Positions 28,324 through 37,110 of a stretch of 64,000 nucleotides of DNA are shown piece after piece (positions within the stretch are counted from its first letter, which is position 1; each line of letters begins with the position of its first letter). Source of the DNA: Candidatus Aldehydirespirator sp. (GTDB lineage: Bacteria; Actinomycetota; Acidimicrobiia; Acidimicrobiales; Aldehydirespiratoraceae). The DNA is taken from the NCBI GenBank assembly GCA_965221605.1, contig CBDCSK010000014.1:241776-305775 (forward strand). Reading direction: 5' to 3'. The notes beneath the pieces were generated by a model, which was not told where the DNA came from, ran no database searches, and worked only from the letters and a program-made list of their open reading frames with translations. The position numbers and the translations under genes were made by a program.

Positions 28324-29183
28324 TGGGATCGATCGTCGGCGCCGCGGTCGTGTCGCACGTCCCGCCGCTGGTCATGCCCGAGCACGAGCGCCGGGCCCTC
28401 AACGGCGGGGAGGACACGTCGCTGTTCGCGGGCCTGCACGCGCTGCGAGCCGAACGGCTGGCTCCGGCCGTGGCCGACACCGTGGTGGTGGTCGACACCC
28501 ACTGGTTCACCACCATCGAGCACATCGTCTCGGCCCACGAGCGGCGCAAGGGCGTGTTCACCTCCGACGAGCTGCCCCGGGGCATGAGCGCCATGCCCTA
28601 CGACATGCCGGGCGATCCCGAACTGGCCCACGCCTTCGCGGCCGCAGCCGACGGCCGGGACGACACCTGGGTGACCGCGGTCGACGATCCCCACCTGCCG
28701 GTGCACTACCCCACCATCAACCTGCTCGGCTTCCTGCAGGGCGACGAGCGCTGGATCTCGATGGGCGTGTGCCAGACGGCCGAGCCCGACGACTTCCTGC
28801 TGGCCGGCGAGCTCCTCGCCGCCACAGTGGCCGGACTGGACCGGCGGGTGGTGATCCTGGCCAGCGGCGGGCTCAGCCACCGGTTCTGGTCGCTGCGCCA
28901 GTTCCGCCGCCATGAGGGCGCCGATCCCGACCTCCACATCCGCACCCCCGAGGCCGCTGCGGCCGACCGCCGGGTGCTGGGCTGGATGGCTGAGGGCAAC
29001 CATGCGGCCATCATCGACTTCCTGCCCGAGTACTCACGCCACGCCCCCGAGGGGTACTTCGGGCACTACCTGACGATGGTGGGCGCGCTGGGGGGAGCGG
29101 CCTGCACCGCGAAGGGCACCCAGTTCGGCCAGTACGAGTCGGTGTCGGGCACGGGCCAGGCCCACGTATGGTTCGACGTGTGA
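28323..29183 (+). CDS. LigB-family extradiol dioxygenase (HpaD-like)
   Basis: SHVP, DTHW, PGDPELA, ASGGLSHRFW, GTGQ; ATG 28323 coupled to the P450. Confidence 0.85.
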   Translation: MGSIVGAAVVSHVPPLVMPEHERRALNGGEDTSLFAGLHALRAERLAPAVADTVVVVDTHWFTTIEHIVSAHERRKGVFTSDELPRGMSAMPYDMPGDPELAHAFAAAADGRDDTWVTAVDDPHLPVHYPTINLLGFLQGDERWISMGVCQTAEPDDFLLAGELLAATVAGLDRRVVILASGGLSHRFWSLRQFRRHEGADPDLHIRTPEAAAADRRVLGWMAEGNHAAIIDFLPEYSRHAPEGYFGHYLTMVGALGGAACTAKGTQFGQYESVSGTGQAHVWFDV

Positions 29184-29905
29184 CTCGACCGAAGCGGGCC
29201 CTGGTGCTCGCCCACGAGCCGCAGGGCACCAGCGCTCTGGTGGGTGAACGCCTGCAGCAGCGCGGCTACGACGTGCACGACCACGTGGTGACGGCCGACC
29301 TGGACCGCCCCAACGACGCGGTTCCCTTCCCCGACTTCGCCGACTACGACCTGGTGGTGCCGATGGGCTCGGTCCGGTCGCTCACCAACACCGGCGAGAT
29401 CGACAGCTGGATCTTCGACGAGATCGACCGGGTGCGAGCCGCCCATACTCGGGGCACGCCGATGCTCGGCGTCTGTTTCGGGGGGCAGCTGCTGGCCGCG
29501 GCCCTCGGCGGCGAGGTCGAGCAGGCACCCGTGCCCGAGATCGGCTGGTACGACGTGTCGGCGGTGGACGGCACACCCAACCCGGCCGGGCCGGGCCCGT
29601 GGTTCCAGTGGCACCACGACCGCTTCACGCCGCCGCCCGGCGCCGACGTGCTGGCCGTCAACGACAACGCCGTGCAGCTGTTCCGGCTGGGCCGCTGCGT
29701 GGGCACGCAGTTCCATCCTGAGGTGACGTACAACCATGTCGAGAGCTTCCTGACCGGGGCCGACGACGAGTACCTGGCCCAGCACGGTTTGACCCGGGAG
29801 ACCCTCCTCGACGGCATCCGCCGCCACGAGGACCGCAACGCCCGCCAGTGCTTCGCCCTGGTCGACTGGTTCCTCGACGAGGTGGCCCAGAGGCCGAGCG
29901 GGTAG
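29180..29905 (+). CDS. Class I glutamine amidotransferase-like protein
   Basis: LGVCFGGQL, EIGW, WHHD, QFHPE catalytic triad motifs. Confidence 0.88.
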   Translation: MTRPKRALVLAHEPQGTSALVGERLQQRGYDVHDHVVTADLDRPNDAVPFPDFADYDLVVPMGSVRSLTNTGEIDSWIFDEIDRVRAAHTRGTPMLGVCFGGQLLAAALGGEVEQAPVPEIGWYDVSAVDGTPNPAGPGPWFQWHHDRFTPPPGADVLAVNDNAVQLFRLGRCVGTQFHPEVTYNHVESFLTGADDEYLAQHGLTRETLLDGIRRHEDRNARQCFALVDWFLDEVAQRPSG

Positions 29906-29986
29906 GCACGCGAATCCGGCCCAGACGGGCGAGGCCGTGGCCCGAGCGGCCCAGTGAGCGCAGCGAACAAGAGCGGGAATGACACC
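29889..29986 (+). repeat. ~97-bp dispersed repeat, copy 2 (supplies the stop codon of the upstream gene)
   Basis: Aligns to 6783-6880. Confidence 0.9.
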
Positions 29987-30034
29987 GCCGCACCGCGACC
30001 GGCTCTCACGTATCCGCGCGGCCCCTACGTCCTA

Positions 30035-31194
30035 GTGCTCACGCGCGTAAGTCTTGTGGCTGTTGGTTCGGGCAGTAGGTCCATTTGAAGGGTTTGGCTC
30101 GGTTGTTGTAGTCGTCGATGTAGTCGAGGATGGCTCCGGCGAGGTCGCTGGTGTGGGCGAACTCGGCGGTGTGGAGGAGCTGTCGGGTCAGGATGGAGAA
30201 CCACATCTCGATCTGGTTGAGCCAGGATGCGTGGGTGGGGGTGCGGTGCAGGAACACTCGGTGGTGGTCCTCGAGGAACTCCTCGACGGCGGCGGTTGAG
30301 TGGGTGGCGAGGTTGTCGACGATGCAGTGCAGCTCGAGGTGGGCGGGCACCAGGGCGTCGAGTTCTGTGAGGAACGCCACGAAGTTCACCGAGCGGACCG
30401 AGTCGGTGGGCGCGGCGACGACCTCTCCGGTGGCGCACTCGAACGCGGCGAACAGCGCCTTGGTGCCGTTGCGCTGGTACTCGAACTGCTGCTGCGCGGG
30501 GCGGCCCTTGCCGCCGCCGGGGGCGGCGGGCTGCGCCGGCAGGGTCGGGTCGGCGCGGCTTCGGGCCTGTATGCCGGTCTTCTCGTCGACGCTGAACACG
30601 GCCCAGTTGTCCGGCGGCCGCAGGTAGAGGGCGCAGATGTCGGCGGCCTTGTCGTCGAAGTCGGGGTCATGCGACGTCATCCAGGACCGCACCTGCCACG
30701 GCTTGAGGCCCATCGAGGTGCAGATCCGCCAAACCTGCGAGTCCGAGATAGCGATGCCGAGGTCCTCGCGCATCACCCGGGCCACCTCCGGCATCGACAT
30801 GCGCGCCTTGAGCCGGCGCCCGCCGAGCTGGCCCGGCTCGCGCGGGCGGCTCGTGATCGTCTTGACCAGAGCCAGCCGCTCCGCGGGGCCATACACCCGC
30901 GGCCTGCCCGGCCGCGGCCGGTCCCTGAGCCCCGCGAGGCCCTCTGAGGCGTAGCGGCGCCGCCACACGTCCACCTGGTTGCGGTTCAGGCCCACCGCCG
31001 CGCCGATCACCGGCGACGACAGCCCCTCACGGGCCATCAGCACCACCTTGGCCCGCTGCCAGTCACGCCGCGGCGTCGTCGACGCCGCCACCCGCGCCTC
31101 CAGCACCGCCCGATCAGCCTCAGAAACCGCCACTGCCCTCGGCACAGTCATCACAGCATCCTAACACAGCCATATTACTAACGCGAGTATGCAC
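30035..31194 (-). mobile_element. IS630 family insertion sequence
   Basis: Imperfect terminal inverted repeats (CTAGTGCTCACGCGCGTAAG versus CTAGTGCATACTCGCGTTAG); TA duplication at 30033-30034 and 31195-31196 in a CTAG context. Confidence 0.9.
30039..31154 (-). CDS. IS630 family transposase
   Basis: N-terminal HTH, RPGRP, SVDEK...IVDNLATH...SWLNQIE (DDE), KPFKW. Confidence 0.95.
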   Translation of the reverse strand: MMTVPRAVAVSEADRAVLEARVAASTTPRRDWQRAKVVLMAREGLSSPVIGAAVGLNRNQVDVWRRRYASEGLAGLRDRPRPGRPRVYGPAERLALVKTITSRPREPGQLGGRRLKARMSMPEVARVMREDLGIAISDSQVWRICTSMGLKPWQVRSWMTSHDPDFDDKAADICALYLRPPDNWAVFSVDEKTGIQARSRADPTLPAQPAAPGGGKGRPAQQQFEYQRNGTKALFAAFECATGEVVAAPTDSVRSVNFVAFLTELDALVPAHLELHCIVDNLATHSTAAVEEFLEDHHRVFLHRTPTHASWLNQIEMWFSILTRQLLHTAEFAHTSDLAGAILDYIDDYNNRAKPFKWTYCPNQQPQDLRA

Positions 31195-32128
31195 TAGACG
31201 CCCGGGAAACGATGTGCTCGCAGAGGGCCCGGACCTCTCGCGGATCGTCGGTGTGCTGGGAGGGCTTGACGCAGAAGGTGGTGAAGCCGGCCTCGATCTG
31301 GTCGCCGAAGTCGGCCATGGCCCGGTCGATGTCGGCGGTGTCGCCGGAGCCCGAGAACACAGCCCGGGTGCCGCCCACCATCTCGATGCCGCCCGGGTCG
31401 CGGCCGGCCGCAGCCAGCCCGGCCCGCAGCGCGGCCAGGTCCTCCGCGCTGGCCGTGCCGAAGGGATGGAAGCCGTCGCCGTAGCGGACGAGCCGTCGCA
31501 GCAGCGCCGGATGCATCGACTGGCCGCCGAACCACATCCGGGGCCGGGCCGGCTCGGTCCGCCACGGCTTGGGAACGCAATAGACGTCCTCGAAGGCGAA
31601 GCGGGGCCCGGGATGCGAGGCCGGGGTGTGCTCCCACAGAGCCGCCATGGCCTCGAGCTGCTCGTCGAGGATGCGGCCCCGCTCAGCGAAGGGCACGCCG
31701 AGGGCGTCGTACTCCTCGCGGTGCCACGACACCGTGGGCTGCACCACCAGCCGGCCCTCGCTGAGCCGGTCCAGGGTGGCCAGTTCCTTGGCCATCAGCA
31801 CCGGATGGCGCAACGGCGCGATCACCGCGCCCATCACCAGCCGCACCCGCCGGGTGACCGCGGCCACCGAGGCCAGCAGCACGTTGGAGCTGGGCCAGCA
31901 AGTGGCCGGGTCCTGGTTGCCGGGAGCGGCGTAGGCCCGGGGATTGACCGGCCTCCCGAGCGCACCCGCGGAGGGACCGAGGACGATGTGCTCGCTGGCC
32001 ATCACCGCATCGAACCCGGCCGCCTCGGCGTCGACGGCCATTCGTACCAGCCCGACCAGGTCGCCGGGGTCGACCAGCGTGTGGTTCTCGGTGAGGATCA
32101 GCAGCAGCCGGGGCCGCCCCTCAGTCAT
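31178..32128 (-). CDS. LLM class oxidoreductase, probably F420-dependent
   Basis: ATG 32128; AEAAGFDAVMASEH, PLRHPVLMAKELATLD; last codons derive from the IS end. Confidence 0.85.
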   Translation of the reverse strand: MTEGRPRLLLILTENHTLVDPGDLVGLVRMAVDAEAAGFDAVMASEHIVLGPSAGALGRPVNPRAYAAPGNQDPATCWPSSNVLLASVAAVTRRVRLVMGAVIAPLRHPVLMAKELATLDRLSEGRLVVQPTVSWHREEYDALGVPFAERGRILDEQLEAMAALWEHTPASHPGPRFAFEDVYCVPKPWRTEPARPRMWFGGQSMHPALLRRLVRYGDGFHPFGTASAEDLAALRAGLAAAGRDPGGIEMVGGTRAVFSGSGDTADIDRAMADFGDQIEAGFTTFCVKPSQHTDDPREVRALCEHIVSRASSAYSR

Positions 32129-32183
32129 GGCCACCGCCGCGATCGCAGGGAACCTCGAGCCATCGGCCAGCAAGGAGTAGTTT

Positions 32184-32199
32184 CTTGTACCGATACAAG
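32184..32199. promoter_or_regulatory. Palindromic operator candidate
   Basis: CTTGTA-CCGA-TACAAG in the divergent intergenic region between the LLM gene and the ProW-like gene. Confidence 0.5.
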
Positions 32200-32223
32200 G
32201 AGCAGCTCATGCCGACCAAGATA

Positions 32224-32318
32224 AGAGGCCGAGCGAGTTGCGCGCGATCCGGCCCATACGGGCGAGGCCGTGGCCCGAGCGGCCCGTGAGCGAAGCGAAC
32301 AAGAGCGGGAAGCACCCC
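32224..32318 (+). repeat. ~97-bp dispersed repeat, copy 3
   Basis: Aligns to 6783-6880. Confidence 0.9.
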
Positions 32319-32412
32319 GCTGCAACGCGACGGGCTTGCACCTACCTGCGCACGTTCCAAGAGCTCGAGAGCATCACCACGACCGGACCGGCGAGAGCGT
32401 GAAGGGCCTGCT

Positions 32413-34398
32413 GTGAGGTCCGCCGTGGTGGCCACCGGTTTCTGGGACAACGCCACCCTCGACTCGTGGGAGATCCCGTTCGGCCTGTGGATCGAGGAGA
32501 TCGTCTTCTGGCTGACGACCCACACCAGAGGGCTCCTCGATGCCGTCGAGTGGCCGGTCGACAAGCTGCTCGAACTCATCATCGACGACCTACTGCAGGA
32601 CTGGCTCCCATGGCCGGCTGTGCTGCTGCTGTTCTTCGCGTTGGGAATGATCACCAGGAACTTCCTGGTGGGCCTCGGCAGTGCGGGCGGCCTCCTCTGC
32701 TGCGGCCTGCTCGGGACCGCGTACTGGGACCTCACCATGGAAACGCTCGGCATGATCATCGTGGCCGTGCTCATCTGCACCGTGATCGGCATCCCGCTCG
32801 GAATCCTCGCCGCCCGCGTCGATTCGTTCTGGAGCCGCTTGCGTCCCGTGCTCGACGGCATGCAGGTGATCCACCCCTTCGTCTACCTCCTCCCCGTCAT
32901 CTTCCTGTTCGGAGTCCGGCGGACTCCGGGCGTTCTGGCCACGCTGGTGTTCGCCCTTCCCCCGATCGTTCGCCTCACGAACCTGGGAATCCGTCAAGTG
33001 CCCGCTGATGTGGTCGAGGCAGCCAAGGCGTTCGGAGCGTCCGAGACCCGGGTGATGTTCGACGTCCAACTGCCGCTGGCCCGGCCCTCGGTCATGGCCG
33101 GGCTCAACCAGACCCTCCTGCTGTCCCTGTCGATGGTGGGGATCGTGGCCATCATCGCGGGCGGCGGACTCGGAAAGCCGATCCTCAACGCGCTCAACAC
33201 GGCCGACATCCCGCTGGGTGCGTCCGCCGGTGCCGGCCTCTACTTCGTCGGCGTGCTCCTCGACCGGATCTCGCAGCCCGAGGACAGCGACAAGCGCCTC
33301 AATCTGCTGGCGCGGATGCGTGAGGCCTGGACGAGGCGCGCCGACCCCGCAGTCCCCGCCCCCGCCGGCGTCGATGCCCCGACCCCGGCAGGGGCCCGGC
33401 CACCGGCAGCGCCGGTGCCGCACTTGATCTGGTCGCACGTGATCGGGGCGCTGGCGGCCCTCGCCGGCGGACTGGTGGCTGCGTCGTCGACCCTTCTGGC
33501 CTGGGGCCGCGACGCCGGACTGATCTCCAGCTACGCCCGGTTCGGCGACATCGACCTCCCCGGAGCCCACAGCGGCCTCGACGCCGCCGGCGGCTCGTGG
33601 TTCGGGATCATGCTCGGACTCGTCGGTCTCGCCGTGGCCTTCGGCGGCGCCTCGGCCCTGCGGCGTCCCAGGAGCAGTGACCGGTTCATCGCCAGCCCCA
33701 GCGCGTTCCTCGCGGGCGGGCTCGTGCTGGCAGCGCTCGCGGGCACCTACCTGACCGTCTCGCCGCGGGGTGACAACTACAGCCACGGTCCCGGCCCGTG
33801 GCTGGCGATGACCGGCGCCGCCGTGGTCCTCGCCGGGGGCGTATGGGCGACCTTCGGGGCGAGGACCGGCCATGAGCCTGCCCGTGTGAAGGCGCGGGAG
33901 GTGGTCGCCACCCTCATGCTCGCCGCTTTCCTGGTGTTCGCCGGGGCGTCGGGGTCGTGGATCCTCGACCAGCGCAGCGACGCTGCCGAGCTCGCGGCCG
34001 AGTTGGCCGCCGAGTCCGAGGGCGCCGACCAGGGCGGCCTGGCGGCAGAGCTCCTGGCCGAGGCCCTGGCCGAGACACGCCGCGTGACCGTGCGCGGCCT
34101 GGCCGGCGACGGACCGGGAATCGGATACTTCGTCCTGGCTCTCACCGTTGCCGGCACCGCAGCCGCGCTCGGCCGGCTGGTCCGCCATCGCCCTGCCCAG
34201 AATGTGCTGGGCTCGGTCGTGTTCGGGGTGGGATGCGCCATAGCCGCGGTCGGTCTGGCGTGGATCGCGACCTTCGTTCGCCTGGCGACACCGGCGCTCT
34301 CAGCCGGCGCCGGTGCCTTCATCGTGGTCACGGGCGGTCTGATCCTCGCCGCCCGGGGATGGCGCGCCAGCCGTCCTGGCCCTGATCCCAGCGCCTGA
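32413..34398 (+). CDS. Glycine betaine/proline ABC permease (ProW-like) with a long C-terminal membrane extension
   Basis: IPFGLW, GIPLGI, LDGMQVIHPFVYL, EAAKAFGA (EAA loop), MAGLNQT; about 350 extra hydrophobic residues. Confidence 0.85.
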   Translation: MRSAVVATGFWDNATLDSWEIPFGLWIEEIVFWLTTHTRGLLDAVEWPVDKLLELIIDDLLQDWLPWPAVLLLFFALGMITRNFLVGLGSAGGLLCCGLLGTAYWDLTMETLGMIIVAVLICTVIGIPLGILAARVDSFWSRLRPVLDGMQVIHPFVYLLPVIFLFGVRRTPGVLATLVFALPPIVRLTNLGIRQVPADVVEAAKAFGASETRVMFDVQLPLARPSVMAGLNQTLLLSLSMVGIVAIIAGGGLGKPILNALNTADIPLGASAGAGLYFVGVLLDRISQPEDSDKRLNLLARMREAWTRRADPAVPAPAGVDAPTPAGARPPAAPVPHLIWSHVIGALAALAGGLVAASSTLLAWGRDAGLISSYARFGDIDLPGAHSGLDAAGGSWFGIMLGLVGLAVAFGGASALRRPRSSDRFIASPSAFLAGGLVLAALAGTYLTVSPRGDNYSHGPGPWLAMTGAAVVLAGGVWATFGARTGHEPARVKAREVVATLMLAAFLVFAGASGSWILDQRSDAAELAAELAAESEGADQGGLAAELLAEALAETRRVTVRGLAGDGPGIGYFVLALTVAGTAAALGRLVRHRPAQNVLGSVVFGVGCAIAAVGLAWIATFVRLATPALSAGAGAFIVVTGGLILAARGWRASRPGPDPSA

Positions 34399-34516
34399 GA
34401 GGGTACGCGGGCAGGTGCGAGCCCGCCGCGTGGCACCGCGCGGCTACTATCGCATCCTGACGCCCGGCCCGAGTTCGTGAGGCCGGGCGACCGAGCACAG
34501 CGGGAGGAGGCCGCCC

Positions 34517-35638
34517 ATGCTGTTCCCCCACAGGCGAATCCTGTTCGCAGCAATCGTCTCGTTGACGCTGGCGGCAGTCGCTTGCGGCAGTGACAACGGA
34601 CCCGCGACGGACGCTGAGAGCCCCCCGGCCACCGCCGGGTCCGAGACGGCAGAGCCTGCGGAGGCCCAGCCGCAGGCGGCGCTGCCGGGCGAGGGCGTGA
34701 CCGTCACCATGGCCCGGGGAAACTGGATCGAGACGAACTTCCAGAACTTCGTGGTCCAGCTGCTGCTGGAGGAACTCGGCTACGAAGTCGCCGATCCCGA
34801 GGAGATCGCGCCGGCCACGTTCTACCCGGCGGCGGCTCAGGGCGACTACGACCTGTGGGCATCGGCGTGGCCGTTCAATCACACTCCGTTCCTGGAGAGC
34901 GAGAGCCCCGACGGCGGAACGCTCGGCGACAGGGTCCAGTACATCGGCACGATGATGTCCTCAGGGGCCCTGCAGGGCCTCCTCGTCGACATTCCCAGCG
35001 TCGAGCAGTTCGGATTCAAGACCCTCGGAGAGCTGCTCGACAATCCGGATGCCGTGGCCCACTTCGACACCGACGGCAACGGCAAGGCCGACATCAACGG
35101 CTGCGACGACGGCTGGGGCTGCCAGAAGGTCATCGACAACACGCTCGCCAAGAACGGCTGGGACGACCGCGCCAGCCAGGTGTCGGCCACGTTCCCGGCA
35201 CTGTTCGCCGAGTCTCAGGCGAGCTTCGCAGCCGGCGGCCCCGTCCTGCAGTACGTCTGGACGCCGACCGCCTTCGTAGGAAAGCTCGTCCCTGGGAGGG
35301 ACGTGCTGTGGCTCGCCGTCGACCCGGAGCAGACCCTCGAAGGCCAGGACGGCGTGTCCGACGTCGGCGATGCCTGCACCCGCGATCCCTGCACGACGAT
35401 GTTCACACCCTCCGACATCGTCGTCGCGGCCAGCAAGGACTTCCTGGCCGCGAACCCGGCGGCCGCGTCGCTGCTAGAGGATTTCAAACTGGACACGCTG
35501 GCGGTGGCCGTTCAGGCGGTCGCGATCGACGCAGGCGCCAACACCGACGCCGAGATCAAGGCGGCGGCCGCCGAATGGATCGCCGACAACCGCGACCGGA
35601 TCGACCCGTGGATCGACGCCGCTCTGGCGGCGGGCTGA
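34517..35638 (+). CDS. Glycine betaine/proline ABC substrate-binding lipoprotein (ProX-like)
   Basis: Lipobox AVAC, LEELGYEV, FDTDGNGKADINGCDDGWGC, YVWTP. Confidence 0.88.
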   Translation: MLFPHRRILFAAIVSLTLAAVACGSDNGPATDAESPPATAGSETAEPAEAQPQAALPGEGVTVTMARGNWIETNFQNFVVQLLLEELGYEVADPEEIAPATFYPAAAQGDYDLWASAWPFNHTPFLESESPDGGTLGDRVQYIGTMMSSGALQGLLVDIPSVEQFGFKTLGELLDNPDAVAHFDTDGNGKADINGCDDGWGCQKVIDNTLAKNGWDDRASQVSATFPALFAESQASFAAGGPVLQYVWTPTAFVGKLVPGRDVLWLAVDPEQTLEGQDGVSDVGDACTRDPCTTMFTPSDIVVAASKDFLAANPAAASLLEDFKLDTLAVAVQAVAIDAGANTDAEIKAAAAEWIADNRDRIDPWIDAALAAG

Positions 35639-35684
35639 GCCCGTCGGGACGGCCGGGCATCAGGGTGGTGGCGCACGCCCCCGC

Positions 35685-37043
35685 TCAGTGGTAGGGCAGG
35701 TACTGCTTCAACTCCCATCCGGTGAGGGGCTCGTCGCCACCGATGGCATCCCAGTCTTCGACGGCTTCGTCGCCCACACCGGCGGTGTAGCGGTCCCACT
35801 CGGCCCGCTTGTTGAACACGAAGTTGGCGCACAGCTCCGAGCCGACCGCCTCGCACAGGGCTTCGTCGGCCTCCATGTCGTCGAGGGCTGCGCTCAGGCT
35901 GTGGGCGCAGTGGACGTCGGTGTTGACCTCGTCGAAGCCGTCGCTGGTCATCGGTCCGGGGCAGTCCAGCCCGCCGACGACGCCTAGGCGGGCGGCCTGC
36001 AGCACGGTGGCCACCAGGGTGTGGACGTTGGCGGCGCCGTCGCCGACGCGGCTCTCGATGCGCATTTGAGAACCGGCGCCCCGGGGCACGCGGTTGCCGG
36101 CGCAACGGTGCTCGACGCCCCAGTTGGCCCAGTATCCGTTGAGCTCGCCGGGGCGCAGGCGCCGGTAGGCGTTGACGGTGGGCGCGGCCAGCGCGGTCAT
36201 CCCCTGGTGATGATGGACGAGGCCCGCCATGCAGCTGCGGGCCAGATCGGACATGCCGTGAGCGCCTTCAGAATCCGACATGGCGTTGTCGCCCTGAGCA
36301 TCGGCCAGCGAGAAGTTCACGTGGACGCCGGTGCCTGAGATGCCCGGGAACGGCTTGCCCAGGAAGGTCAGGTCAAGGCCCAGGGGCTGCCCTGCGGTAT
36401 CGGTGGCGGTCAGCACCGTCTCGCGGGCCAGCAGCCGGAACAGGAAGGCGTCGTCGACAGCCTGCATGGCGTCGCCGTACTCGAGGGTCAGTTCGAACTG
36501 GCCCTCGTCGTACTCGGCGTTGACCGATTCCATGGCAATGCCGGACGTCGCCGCCCGGCGCACCAACTTGGTGATCACACCAGTGGGATCGGACCCGACG
36601 CCGGTCCCGTAAACCATGGACCGCGGCGTCTCGTAGGGCCGGGGGTTCTCCAAGCCGCCGCTGAACACGTAGGCCTCGAACTCGATGCCGACCTTGGGGG
36701 TGTAGCCGAGGGCCTCCCAGTCGGCCACCGCCCGGCGCAGCGCCTCGCGGGGCGACTCCGGCAAGGCCTCGCCGTGCATCGACAGGTCGCCGATGACGAC
36801 CCCGGTGGCGTCGTCGTCCCAGCCTTGGCGGATGTCGGCGGTGTCGAAGCTGATCTGGGTGTCGGGCAGGCCGTCGAGCAGGTACGCGCCCGGTGCGGGC
36901 GCCATGCTGCGGTCATAGCCGAGCCCGAACACAGACACGCAGTGGCTGGTGCCCTTGTGGGCCAGCCGGGCCGGCAGGTACTTGCCTCGGGCCAGGCCGA
37001 GGTGGTCGGGCCAGAGCGCCCTGATGCGGTCCCAGTCGGTCAT
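35685..37043 (-). CDS. Glutamine synthetase family protein (likely gamma-glutamyl-amine ligase)
   Basis: GIEFEAY, EYDEGQFE, KPF...GTGVHVNFS, PTVNAYRR, IESR; lacks canonical GSI features. Confidence 0.85.
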   Translation of the reverse strand: MTDWDRIRALWPDHLGLARGKYLPARLAHKGTSHCVSVFGLGYDRSMAPAPGAYLLDGLPDTQISFDTADIRQGWDDDATGVVIGDLSMHGEALPESPREALRRAVADWEALGYTPKVGIEFEAYVFSGGLENPRPYETPRSMVYGTGVGSDPTGVITKLVRRAATSGIAMESVNAEYDEGQFELTLEYGDAMQAVDDAFLFRLLARETVLTATDTAGQPLGLDLTFLGKPFPGISGTGVHVNFSLADAQGDNAMSDSEGAHGMSDLARSCMAGLVHHHQGMTALAAPTVNAYRRLRPGELNGYWANWGVEHRCAGNRVPRGAGSQMRIESRVGDGAANVHTLVATVLQAARLGVVGGLDCPGPMTSDGFDEVNTDVHCAHSLSAALDDMEADEALCEAVGSELCANFVFNKRAEWDRYTAGVGDEAVEDWDAIGGDEPLTGWELKQYLPYH

Positions 37044-37072
37044 GGAGGCTCTCCCGGTTGCAGGACTGTGAA

Positions 37073-37088
37073 CGTTCGGCCCCAAACG
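37073..37088. promoter_or_regulatory. Putative MarR operator, site 3
   Basis: CGTTCG-GCCC-CAAACG about 30 bp upstream of the GS-like gene. Confidence 0.6.
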
Positions 37089-37110
37089 GTAGTCCGCGCC
37101 GGGCCGGTGG

